Below, piece by piece: positions 23,042 to 34,600 of a DNA stretch of 64,000 bases. The DNA comes from Basidiobolus meristosporus CBS 931.73 (taxonomy: Eukaryota > Fungi > Basidiobolomycota). The DNA lies in NCBI GenBank assembly GCA_002104905.1, contig MCFE01000056.1:1-64000 (forward strand), given 5' to 3'. The stretch's first letter is position 1; every line of letters starts with the position of its first letter. A program made the position numbers and the translations under genes. The notes beneath the pieces were generated by a model. That model was given only the letters and a program-made list of their open reading frames with translations. It searched no databases and was not told the DNA's origin.

Positions 23042-26000
23042 TTAAGCCCAGTCACAGATGATGGAGCCCTCGAAACTCTTGCATACAGTGCCAACTGCAC
23101 AGGTGTTTCTAAGTAGCTCGCCGTTCGCACAAACCGTGAAGAGTCTGGATTTACCAGAGTCAACACATTCGTAGGTGCCATTGATGCAGCTGGCTTCAGT
23201 GGGCTTGGGGGAGTGAGAGTGGGGAGTTACCGTCACTGTGGTAGTAATGGTGATAGTGTTGGGATTAGGGATGCAGGAGGGTGGTGCGATGGAGGTGGTA
23301 GGATGAGAGGTGGCGCTACCAGACTTGGATTCGTCAGTAGTGTGGGCAGTGATATGAGAATCCTTGTGAGCTTCAGTGGTTGCAGAGGCCTTGTGGGTTT
23401 CTTTGGGTACAGTTGCTTCGGAAGTCTCAGTGACCTTGTGAGACTCGGATGATTTGGTACCCGTTTGAACCACGGTAGACTTGGGGGACTCGTGAGTCTC
23501 AGAAGCCTTAGGAACGCTGATAGTCTCATGTTCCTCGTGAGATTTGACAGTCTCGGTAGTCTCAGTTGGCCTATGGGTCTCATGACTCTCGGTGGTTTCC
23601 ATCGATCTGTGGGCAACGGTGGTCTCAGTGGATTTGTTGGATTCCGAGACTGCCTTGGCCTTGCTGGAAACAGAAGTCTCAAAGGATCTGTGAGAGTCGG
23701 GAGTCTCGGTTGACTTATGGGCGGTGTGGTGTTCAGTATCCTTGTGAGACTCGGCAGTCTCAGTTGGCTTGTGAATGTTACCAGTCTCAACGGTCTTGGA
23801 GGTTTGGTGGGATTCAGAAGTCACGGTAGGTTGGTGAGATTCCACAGTGTCCATTGGTCTATGGGTGTTGCTGGTCTCTGAGGTCATGTGGGATTGGGTA
23901 GTCTCAGTGGCCTTGTGCGATGAAGTGATCGCATTTGACTTGTGACCGCTGCTGATCTCAGAGGCTTTGTGAGCCTCGGATGTAGGGACTGATCTGCGGG
24001 ACTCCAAAGTATCAGTTGATTTATGGGCATCACTAGTCTCCGAGGTCATATGAGACTCAGTGGCCTTGTGAGATCCAGAAACCACTGTTGGCTTATGAGA
24101 TTCTACGTTTGCGGTGGATTTGTGTGCTTTCGTAGAGTCGGTTGACTGGTGAACAGTCTTGGGCTCAGTATCCTTGTGAGATTCGGTTGCCTCTGTTGGT
24201 TTGACATGGCTGCTGCTCTCCAGGCTCTTGGAGGATTCAGCAGTCATGTTGGGCTTGTGAGACTCTGGTGCAACAGTTTGTTGATGGGGCTTGATGGTCT
24301 CAGTTGGCTCGAGAGTGTCGCTGGCCTTGACGGTGGTGGCCTTGGGAGATTCGGTGGAATGGTGCTTTCCTGTGGTCTGAGCAGTATGTTGTGATTCAGT
24401 TGCTTTAGTGGAGCCATGGGGTTTCGTAGTCACCACGGAGCTGGAGGAAGCGGAGCTATCAGTAGCTTTGCGAGACTCGGTTGCCTTGGATTTACCAGTA
24501 GAGCTATGAGAGCTAGATGTTCCGGAAACCAAGTGGGATTCGGTTGGTTTTGGTGTCTCATGGGGTGTGGTGTCACTGGGAGTGTTGTGAGCAGTAGAAC
24601 GTTCATCTGATTTGGAATGCTCATCTGAGGCTGATTGACTGGGAGTAGACTTGGATTCAATGATCTCAGACGTGCTAGCCGTAGACTTCAAAGCCTCACT
24701 AGAGCTATGCGAAATGGGTGTTTCAATAGCCTTGTGGGACTCGGTTGATTTGAGGGTCTTGTGGGATGCGGAGTTGTGAGTGGTGCTATGAACACTCGAA
24801 AGTTCACTTGACTCGGAATGCACACTTGGAATATTGGATTTGGGGGTCTCGCTTCCGGAATGAGATTCAGTATGTTGATGAGTGTAGGACGTGGCGCTCC
24901 CATTGCTCGATGGGGTTGCCTGGCTCGAGTTAACCTTACTGGACATGGAAGTCTCAAGGTGCTTATGACTGTCTGAATGAGATTCAGTGTGATGCTGACT
25001 CGCCGACTCGATGCTCTTGGCAGATGAGTGAAGTGCGTAACTTGAAGTAGCCTTGCTGGACACAGAGGTCTCGACATGCTTCTGGCTCTTTGATTCACTG
25101 CTCTTAATCGGTGTAGAGCTTTCATGACCAGTCTTCGACTCGGACTTTGCTGTCGCAATTGTGCTAGACTCGGATTTCGAAGTGTCACTAGAACTATGCG
25201 ACACGGTTGACACGGCTGACACGGTAGCCTTATGGGTCTCTGTTGCCTTTGTGCTCTCATTGGTTGTGGAGTCGTGAGTGGGGCTGTGTGTAGTCAAGCT
25301 ACTAGTAGCGTGGCTTGAGGATGGCTTGCTGGATTTCTCGATGGTACTATGTGACACGGATGTGATGGTTGCCTTGTGAGACTCAGTAGATTTGGTTGTC
25401 TCGTGGGATGCGGAGCTGTTCGCGACGCTGCGAGCACTCGAATGATCAGTTGATTCTGAATGAGCACTTGATGCAGTGGACTTGGGTGCTTCAGTACTAG
25501 AATGGCTTTCTGTTGGCTTGACTACCTTCTTGTGCTCGTTGTACCACTTACAGATCTCGGCTTGCTGTCCTTCTGCCTCCATCATGGCAAAGAATCCACA
25601 GTCGTTGCTTACAATACACTCCAAGTTGTCTTTGAGGAACTGACCATGGCCAGGATTGCTATCATCACAGAGACATGAGAACGAGTCAACAAAGTTGGGG
25701 CTGTGAATGTCCTGAGTGTACTTGGACCAGCACTTCTTGCCCGCCTTGAGCGAGCAGTCAGTAATGCACTTATTGGGAGGTGGGAAGGGGAAGTAGTTGG
25801 ATGGTCTGGGAATCCAGGTAGGCTGAGCATCAGTGGTTGTTGGGGCTTCTGAAGTCTCGGAGCTCACTGAGGAGTCACGCGCTGCAGAGGTGGTTGTGGT
25901 GCTGTGAGATACGGCGGCCTTGCTCTCTGAGTGAGACTCGGTGTGATGCTGACTCGCCGACTCGGTGCTCTTGGCAGATGAATGAGGTGCGTAACTTGAA

Positions 26001-27550
26001 GTAGCCTTGCTGGACACGGAGGTCTCAACATGCTTCTGGCTCTTCGATTCACTGCTCTTAATCGGTGTAGAGCTTTCATGACCAGTCTTCGACTCGGACT
26101 TTGCAGTCGCAACTGTGCTAGACTCGGATTTCGAAGTCTCACTAGAACTATGCGACACGGTTGGCACGGTTGACACGGTAGCCTTATGGGTCTCTGTTGC
26201 CTTTGTGTTCTCATTGGTTGTGGAGGAGTGAGTGGGGCTGTGAGTAGTCAAGCTACTAGTAGCGTGGCTTGCGGATGGCTTGCTGGATTCAGAAGTCTCA
26301 ACATGCTTCTGGCTCTCTGAATCACCACTCTTAACTGGTGCGGAGATTACTTGGCTAGACGCAGACTTGGACTTGAGGGTTTCAGTGGTGCTTGGTTCGG
26401 ACTTCGATTTCTCGGTGGTAGTATGTGACACGGATGCGTTGGTGGCCTTGTGAGACTCAGTGGATTTGGTTGTCTCGTGAGACGCGGAGCTGTTCGCGAC
26501 ACTGCGAGCACTCGAATGATCAGTTGATTCTGAATGAGCACTTGATGCAGTGGACTTGTGTGCTTCAGTACTAGAATGGCTTTCTGTTGGCTTGACTACC
26601 TTCTTGTGCTCGTTGTACCACTTGCAGATCTCGGCTTGCTGTCCTTCTGCCTCCATCATGGCAAAGAACCCACAGTCGTTGCTTACAATACACTCCAAAT
26701 TGTCTTTGAGGAACTGACCATGGCCAGGATTGCTATCATCACAGAGACATGAGAACGAGTCAACAAAGTTGGGGCTGTGGATGTCCTGAGTGTACTTGGA
26801 CCAGCACTTCTTGCCCGCCTTGAGCGAGCAGTCAGTAATGCACTTATTGGGAGGTGGGAAGGGGAAGTAGTTGGATGGTCTGGGAATCCAGGTAGGCTGA
26901 GCATCAGTGGTTGTTGGGGCCTCTGAAGTCTCATTGCCCCCCGAGGAGTGATGGGATGTCGGAGTGGTAGCACTTCTGTGGGGATCAGAGGTCTCACCCA
27001 CTGAGCGAGATTCCGAGTGATGAGGACTCTTTGGCTGGGAACTCTCAATGGATGAGAGGGTTGCATGACTGGAGGTAACATTGCTCGGCTCGGAGGCCAC
27101 TGAACTACTGTGTGTCGATGAATCGATCGATTTGGTACTAGCTGTAGGTTGAGAGATTCGACTTGTAGTGCTTCGTACAGACTTAATAGTTGAGGACAAC
27201 GTATGTGGTTTTACCGTGGGCCTGTGCTCTTGGTACCAATCACATACAGTGCTGTTATTGCTTTGGTAGTCGGACCAATCAATCCAATGCCAAAAGCAAT
27301 TGTTGGAATAACAGTTTGACACTTCATTGGTGTACTCGGTAGTTTTGTAGCTACTGCCGCATTGGCAGGACAAGGATTCGATAAAGTGCGGATTGCTTGG
27401 ATCAAGCGTGTAATCAGGCAGACACTTCTGACCGGCTTGCATAAAACACTGTTCAAGACAACTACCGAAGTTCATGTTGGGAGGGTTGGCGGATGCTGAA
27501 ACGACAGCAGCCATTGTAAGGCCAGTGACGGCCTTGGTAGTAATATGCAT
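23042..27550 (-). CDS. Array gene 1 (1502 aa): signal + three 8-Cys CFEM-like domains + S/T/H stalk + C-terminal CBM19-like module
   Basis: Single ORF; one N-terminal Cys domain, two internal repeat domains 1074 bp apart; ends CINGTYEC...FTVCANG...C..GTVCK....IICDWA. Confidence 0.88.
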   Translation of the reverse strand: MHITTKAVTGLTMAAVVSASANPPNMNFGSCLEQCFMQAGQKCLPDYTLDPSNPHFIESLSCQCGSSYKTTEYTNEVSNCYSNNCFWHWIDWSDYQSNNSTVCDWYQEHRPTVKPHTLSSTIKSVRSTTSRISQPTASTKSIDSSTHSSSVASEPSNVTSSHATLSSIESSQPKSPHHSESRSVGETSDPHRSATTPTSHHSSGGNETSEAPTTTDAQPTWIPRPSNYFPFPPPNKCITDCSLKAGKKCWSKYTQDIHSPNFVDSFSCLCDDSNPGHGQFLKDNLECIVSNDCGFFAMMEAEGQQAEICKWYNEHKKVVKPTESHSSTEAHKSTASSAHSESTDHSSARSVANSSASHETTKSTESHKATNASVSHTTTEKSKSEPSTTETLKSKSASSQVISAPVKSGDSESQKHVETSESSKPSASHATSSLTTHSPTHSSTTNENTKATETHKATVSTVPTVSHSSSETSKSESSTVATAKSESKTGHESSTPIKSSESKSQKHVETSVSSKATSSYAPHSSAKSTESASQHHTESHSESKAAVSHSTTTTSAARDSSVSSETSEAPTTTDAQPTWIPRPSNYFPFPPPNKCITDCSLKAGKKCWSKYTQDIHSPNFVDSFSCLCDDSNPGHGQFLKDNLECIVSNDCGFFAMMEAEGQQAEICKWYNEHKKVVKPTESHSSTEAPKSTASSAHSESTDHSSARSVANSSASHETTKSTESHKATITSVSHSTIEKSSKPSSSHATSSLTTHSPTHDSTTNESTKATETHKATVSAVSTVSHSSSDTSKSESSTIATAKSESKTGHESSTPIKSSESKSQKHVETSVSSKATSSYALHSSAKSIESASQHHTESHSDSHKHLETSMSSKVNSSQATPSSNGSATSYTHQHTESHSGSETPKSNIPSVHSESSELSSVHSTTHNSASHKTLKSTESHKAIETPISHSSSEALKSTASTSEIIESKSTPSQSASDEHSKSDERSTAHNTPSDTTPHETPKPTESHLVSGTSSSHSSTGKSKATESRKATDSSASSSSVVTTKPHGSTKATESQHTAQTTGKHHSTESPKATTVKASDTLEPTETIKPHQQTVAPESHKPNMTAESSKSLESSSHVKPTEATESHKDTEPKTVHQSTDSTKAHKSTANVESHKPTVVSGSHKATESHMTSETSDAHKSTDTLESRRSVPTSEAHKASEISSGHKSNAITSSHKATETTQSHMTSETSNTHRPMDTVESHQPTVTSESHQTSKTVETGNIHKPTETAESHKDTEHHTAHKSTETPDSHRSFETSVSSKAKAVSESNKSTETTVAHRSMETTESHETHRPTETTETVKSHEEHETISVPKASETHESPKSTVVQTGTKSSESHKVTETSEATVPKETHKASATTEAHKDSHITAHTTDESKSGSATSHPTTSIAPPSCIPNPNTITITTTVTVTPHSHSPKPTEASCINGTYECVDSGKSRLFTVCANGELLRNTCAVGTVCKSFEGSIICDWA

Positions 27551-28424
27551 TTTGCGGGTTACTCTCCGGGCCTTCGCAAACTCACAACTGGCAAGTGATA
27601 TTTGATATTTATATGATTTTGCTTTTCAATACAATTACCATAAAAATAGCTTGGCACTCTCATCATTCATAATCTCCCATCATTGTTTTGTTTACAACCG
27701 CTGCTCTCCTACCTGACTTCGATATCCTTTTATTGAAAACCTCACACATTGTGGCATTGTGTGATTGACCATATAGGAAATTCTAACATATCAAGTGCTT
27801 ATCAATTACCATTTGGGTAAAATACCAGTGCTCTAGATATCACCAAATGTTTTCCATTGAGCTATAATGAAGATTTTATCATGGTTTTTGCCACACTTGA
27901 TGATTAGGTAAGCCAGTAAAATGGGATTGTGTACTATACACAGTTATTGGAGTGCTCTAAACGTTGGTTAGTGTTGATCAGTGCGTAAACTACTTATTTA
28001 CACAAGCTGGAACTCTTCAAAATGATGTTGACGGCAGTCAATTTCGCTGTTATCCGAATTCATTGCACTCCTTGGGGCTTCAACGATTGCTACTTTATCA
28101 TTTTCCTTCCTCTACTACAAACTACTCGTCCGCAGCTAATTTTCAGCCAAAAATTATTTCCTAACAGGATATTGAGCTTATAAATCGGACAGCTGTATAG
28201 TCTAGCATTGAATGCGCATATAGCAGCATAAACACCATTACGAATGTGAAATACATTGTGACTTTCTTATATAGTATAGGTCTATTGACAGTAGTCTCAG
28301 ATATCTCGGCGAAGATGATCTCAGTAGCCTGGTTATTGGAGCTTGGTCTTTCGTATTCAGGCCTGTAAGATTATATCAGTGTAGAGCTGTGAAATATAAA
28401 ATCAAATAAGCAAGCATAGTGTAT

Positions 28425-28495
28425 AACGACTAGCTGTGTTCAAAGCACAGCTGGCAAGTTTCCAAACGAAACCTGGGACTGTTAAAAAAGCAGTT
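28425..28495 (+). pseudogene. Decayed copy of the ValRS last exon
   Basis: aacgactagctgtgttcaaagcacagctggcaagtttccaaacgaaacctgggactg matches 22776-22843; similarity continues through the intergenic DNA up to the gene 2 stop. Confidence 0.7.
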
Positions 28496-28682
28496 GGCTC
28501 GAGTGATCTCCGCATGGTAAATGTTGTTCCATTCATTTTAACTTCGTACTAAGTTAGTATTGTATATTCACTGGAAATCAAACCATATAATATCAATTAC
28601 TCTGCAATCCCGTTTATTTCTATAACAATTCTATTTCCAAGAACATGGATTGTTCGTGAATTCGGGGTTGTATAGCAGTGGC

Positions 28683-31600
28683 TTAAGCCCAGTCGCAAAT
28701 GATGGAGCCTTGGAAGTTCATGCATACAGTACCAGCTGCGCAGGTATTTCTAATTTGCTTACCGTTCGCACAAACTGTGAAGACTGGGGAATATCCAGAA
28801 TCAACACATTCGTATGTGCCATTGATGCAACTGGCTTCAGTGGGCTTGGGGGATTGAGAATGGGAGGCGAGTGTCTCCACTGGAGTTACCGTCACTGTAG
28901 TGGTGATGGTGACAGTGTTGGGATTAGGGATGCAGGAGGGTGGTGCGATGGAGGTGGTAGGATGAGAGGTGGCGCTACCAGACTTGGATTCGTCAGTAGT
29001 GTGGGCAGTGATATGAGAATCCTTGTGAGCTTCAGTGGTTGCAGAGGCCTTGTGGGTTTCTTTGGGTACAGTTGCTTCGGAAGTCTCAGTGACCTTGTGA
29101 GACTCGGATGATTTGGTACCCGTTTGAACCACGGTAGACTTGGGGGACTCGTGAGTCTCAGTAGCCTTAGGAACGCTGATAGTCTCATGTTCCTCGTGAG
29201 ATTTGACAGTCTCGGTAGTCTCAGTTGGCCTATGGGTCTCATGACTCTCGGTGGTTTCCATCGATCTGTGGGCAACGGCGGTCTCAGTGGATTTGTTGGA
29301 TTCCGAGACTGCCTTGGCCTTGCTGGAAACAGAAGTCTCAAAGGATCTGTGAGAGTCGGGAGTCTCGGTTGACTTGTGGGCGGTGTGGTGTTCAGTATCC
29401 TTGTGAGACTCGGCAGTCTCAGTTGGCTTGTGAATGTTACCAGTCTCAACAGTCTTGGAGGTTTGGTGGGATTCAGAAGTCACGGTAGGTTGGTGAGTTT
29501 CCACAGTGTCCACTGGTCTATGGGTGTTGCTGGTCTCTGAGGTCATGTGGGATTGGGTAGTCTCAGTGGCCTTGTGCGATGAAGTGATCGCATTTGACTT
29601 GTGAGCGCTGCTGATCTCAGAGGCTTTGTGAGCCTCGGATGTAGGGACTGATCTGCGGGACTCCAAAGTATCAGTTGATTTATGGGCATCACTAGTCTCC
29701 GAGGTCATATGAGACTCAGTGGCCTTGTGAGATCCAGAAACCACTGTTGGCTTATGAGATTCTACGTTTGCGGTGGATTTGTGTGCTTTCGTAGAGTCGG
29801 TTGACTGGTGAACAGTCTTGGGCTCAGTATCCTTGTGAGACTCGGTTGCCTCTGTTGGTTTGACATGGCTGCTGCTCTCCAGGCTCTTGGAGGATTTAGC
29901 AGTCATGTTGGGCTTGTGAGACTCTGGTGCAACAGTTTGTTGATGGGACTTGATGGTCTCAGTTGGCTCGAGAGTGTCGCTGGCCTTGACGGTGGTGGCC
30001 TTGGGAGATTCGGTGGAATGGTGCTTTCCTGTGGTCTGAGCAGTATGTTGTGATTCAGTTGCTTTAGTGGAGCCATGGGGTTTCGTAGTCACCACGGAGC
30101 TGGAGGAGGCGGAGCTATCAGTAGGTTTATGGGCCTCAGTTGATTCTGATTTAATAGATGTTCGGGAAACCAAATGGGTTTCGGTTGATTTGGCTGTCTC
30201 ATGGGATGTGGAGACATGTGCGATGCTGTGAACAGTCGAGTGTTCAGCTGACTTGGAATGCTCGCCTGAGATGGATTGACTAGCAGTAGACTTAGATTCA
30301 ATGGTCTCAGTTGTGCTAACCGCAGGCCTCAAAGCCTCACTAGAGCTATGTGAAATGGGTGTTTCAATAGCCTTGTGGGACTCGGTTGATTTGAGAGACT
30401 CATGAGATGCGGAGTGTGTGGTGGCACTATGAATAGATGAACGTCCAGTGGGCACTGAATGCACATTTGGAACACTGGACTTGCGGTTCTCGTTTTCGGA
30501 ATGAGATTCAGTATGTTGCTGAGTATTAAACTTGGTGCTCTCGTTGCTTGATGTGGTTGCCTGACTCGAGATAACCTTACTGGTCATGGAGGTCACAACA
30601 TGCTTATGACTCTTTGATGCACTACTCTTCATGGTTCTGATGGTGGTTTGACTAGCAACAGACCTGGACTCTGTGGCCTTATGGGACTCGGTTACTTTGG
30701 TTGTCTCATGAGATGCAGAGTCGTGAGTGATATTGCCAACAGTCGAATGTTCAGTCGACTTTGGATGCACGCTTGAGGCACTAGACTTGGGATTTTCAGT
30801 ACTAGAATGGCTTTCGGTTGGCTTGACTACCTTCTTGTGCTCGTTGTACCACTTACAGATCTCGGCTTCCTGTCCTTCTGCCTCCATCATGGCAAAGAAT
30901 CCACAGTCGTTGCTAATAATACACTCCAAATTGTCTTTGAGGAACTGGTCATGGCCAGGATTGCTATCATCACAGAGACATGAGAACGAGTCAACAAAGT
31001 TGGGGCTGTGGATGTCCTGAGTGTACTTGGACCAGCACTTCTTGCCCGCCTTGAGTGAGCAGTCAGTAATGCACTTGTTGGGAGATGGGAAGGGGAAGTA
31101 GTTGGATGGTCTGGGAATCCAGGTAGGCTGAGCATCAGTGGTTGTTGGGGCTTCTGAAGTCTCAGAGCTCATTGAGGAGTCACGCGCTGCAGAGGTGGTT
31201 GTGGTGCTGTGAGATACGGCGGCCTTGCTCTCTGAGTGAGATTCGGTGTGATGCTGACTCGCCGACTCGGTGCTCTTGGCAGATGAATGAGGTGCGTAAC
31301 TTGAAGTAGCCTTGCTGGACACGGAGGTCTCAACATGTTTCTGGCTCTTCGATTCACTGCTCTTAATCGGTGTAGAGCTTTCATGACCAGTCTTCGACTC
31401 GGACTTTGCAGTCGCAACTGTGCTAGACTCGGATTTCGAAGTCTCACTAGAACTATGCGACACGGTTGGCACGGTTGACACGGTAGCCTTATGGGTCTCT
31501 GTTGCCTTTGTGTTCTCCTTGGTTGTGGAGTGGTGAGTGGAGCTGTGAGTAGTCAAGCTACTAGTAGCGTGGCTTGCGGATGGCTTGCTGGATTCAGAAG

Positions 31601-34600
31601 TCTCAACATGCTTCTGGCTCTCTGAATCACCACTCTTAACTGGTGTGGAGGTTACTTGGCTAGAGGCAGACTTGGACTTGAGGGTTTCAGTGGTGCTTGG
31701 TTCGGACTTCGATTTCTCGATGGTACTATGTGACACGGATGTGATGGTTGCCTTGTGAGACTCAGTGGATTTGGTTGTCTCGTGGGATACGGAGCTGTTC
31801 GCGACACTGCGAGCACTCGAATGATCAGTTGATTCTGAATGAGCACTTGATGCACTAGATTTGCGTGCTTCAGTACTAGAATGGCTTTCGGTTGGCTTGA
31901 CTACCTTCTTGTGCTCGTTGTACCACTTACAGATCTCGGCTTCCTGTCCTTCTGCCTCCATCATGGCAAAGAATCCACAGTCGTTGCTTACAATACACTC
32001 CAAATTGTCTTTGAGGAACTGGCCATGGCCAGGATTGCTATCATCACAGAGACATGAGAACGAGTCAACAAAGTTGGGGCTGTGAATGTCCTGAGTGTAC
32101 TTGGACCAGCACTTCTTGCCCGCCTTGAGCGAGCAGTCAGTAATGCACTTGTTGGGAGATGGGAAGGGGAAGTAGTTGGATGGTCTGGGAATCCAGGTAG
32201 GCTGAGCATCAGTGGTTGTTGGGGCTTCTGAAGTCTCGGAGCTCACTGAGGAGCCATGCGCTACAGAGGTGGTTGTGGTGCTGTGAGATACGGCGGCCTT
32301 GCTCTCTGAGTGAGATTCGGTGTGATGCTGACTCGCCGACTCGGTGCTCTTGGCAGATGAATGAGGTGCGTAACTTGAAGTAGCCTTGCTGGACACGGAA
32401 GTCTCAACATGTTTCTGGCTCTTTGATTCACTGCTCTTAATCGGTGTAGAGCTTTCATGACCAGTCTTCGACTCGGACTTTGCAGTCGCAACTGTGCTAG
32501 ACTCGGATTTCGAAGTCTCACTAGAACTACGAGACACGGTTGACACGGCTGACACGGCTGACACGGTAGCCTTATGGGTCTCTGTTGCCTTTGTGTTCTC
32601 CTTGGTTGTGGAGTGGTGAGTGGAGCTGTGAGTAGTCAAGCTACTAGTAGCGTGGCTTGCGGATGGCTTGCTGGATTCAGAAGACTCAACATGCTTCTGG
32701 CTCTCTGAATCACCACTCTTAACTGGTGCGGAGGTTACTTGGCTAGACGCAGACTTGGACTTGAGGGTCTCAGTGGTGCTTGGTTCGGACTTCGATTTCT
32801 CGATGGTACCATGTGACACGGATGTGTTGGTGGCCTTGTGAGACTCAGTGGATTTGGTTGTCTCGTGGGATACGGAGCTGTTCGCGACGCTGCGAGCACT
32901 CGAATGATCAGTTGATTCTGAATGAGCACTTGATGCAGTGGACTTGTGTGCTTCAGTACTAGAATGGCTTTCGGTTGGCTTGACTACCTTCTTGTGCTCG
33001 TTGTACCACTTACAGATCTCGGCTTCCTGTCCTTCTGCCTCCATCATGGCAAAGAATCCACAGTCGTTGCTTACAATACACTCCAAATTGTCTTTGAGGA
33101 ACTGACCATGGCCAGGATTGCTATCATCACAGAGACATGAGAACGAGTCAACAAAGTTGGGGCTGTGGATGTCCTGAGTGTACTTGGACCAGCACTTCTT
33201 GCCCGCCTTGAGTGAGCAGTCAGTAATGCACTTGTTGGGAGATGGGAAGGGGAAGTAGTTGGATGGTCTGGGAATCCAGGTAGGCTGAGCATCAGTGGTT
33301 GTTGGGGCTTCTGAAGTCTCGGAGCTCACTGAGGAGCCATGCGTTGCAGAGGTGGTTGTGGTGCTGTGAGATACGGCGGCCTTGCTCTCTGAGCGAGATT
33401 CGGTGTGATGCTGACTCGCCGACTCAGTGCTCTCGGTAGATGAATGAGGTGTATAACTTGAAGTAGCCTTGCTGGACACGGAGGTCTCAACATGCTTCTG
33501 GCTCTTCGATTCACTGCTCTTAATCGGTGTAGAGCTTTCATGACCAGTCTTCGACTCGGACTTTGCAGTCGCAACTGTGCTAGACTCGGATTTGGAAGTC
33601 TTACTAGAGCTATGCGACACGGTTGACACGGTAGCCTTATGGGTCTCTGTTGCCTTTGTGTTCTCATTGGTTGTGGAGTGGTGAGTGGAGCTGTGAGTAG
33701 TCAAGCTACTAGTAGCGTGGCTTGCGGATGGCTTGCTGGATTCAGAAGTCTCAACATGCTTCTGGCTCTCTGAATCACCACTCTTAACTGGTGCGGAGGT
33801 TACTTGGCTAGACGCAGACTTGGACTTGAGGGTCTCAGTGGTGCTTGGTTCGGACTTCGATTTCTCGATGGTACTATGTGACACAGATGTGTTGGTAGCC
33901 TTGTGAGACTCAGTGGATTTGGTTGTCTCGTGGGATGCGGAGCTGTTCGCGACGCTGCGGGCACTCGAATGATCAGTTGATTCTGAATGAGCACTTGATG
34001 CAGTGGACTTGTGTGCTTCAGTACTAGAATGGCTTTCGGTTGGCTTGACTACCTTCTTGTGCTCGTTGTACCACTTACAGATCTCGGCTTCCTGTCCTTC
34101 TGCCTCCATCATGGCAAAGAACCCACAGTCGTTGCTTACAATACACTCCAAATTGTCTTTGAGGAACTGACCATGGCCAGGATTGCTATCATCACAGAGA
34201 CATGAGAACGAGTCAACAAAGTTGGGGCTGTGGATGTCCTGAGTGTACTTGGACCAGCACTTCTTGCCCGCCTTGAGCGAGCAGTCAGTAATGCACTTGT
34301 TGGGAGATGGGAAGGGGAAGTAGTTGGATGGTCTGGGAATCCAGGTAGGCTGAGCATCAGTGGTTGTTGGGGCTTCTGAAGTCTCGGAGCTCACTGAGGA
34401 GCCATGCGCTGCAGAGGTGGTTGTGGTGCTGTGAGATACGGCGGCCTTGCTCTCTGAGTGAGATTCGGTGTGATGCTGACTCGCCGACTCGGTGCTCTTG
34501 GCAGATGAATGAGGTGCGTAACTTGAAGTAGCCTTGCTGGACACGGAGGTCTCAACATGCTTCTGGCTCTTTGATTCACTGCTCTTAATCGGTGTAGAGC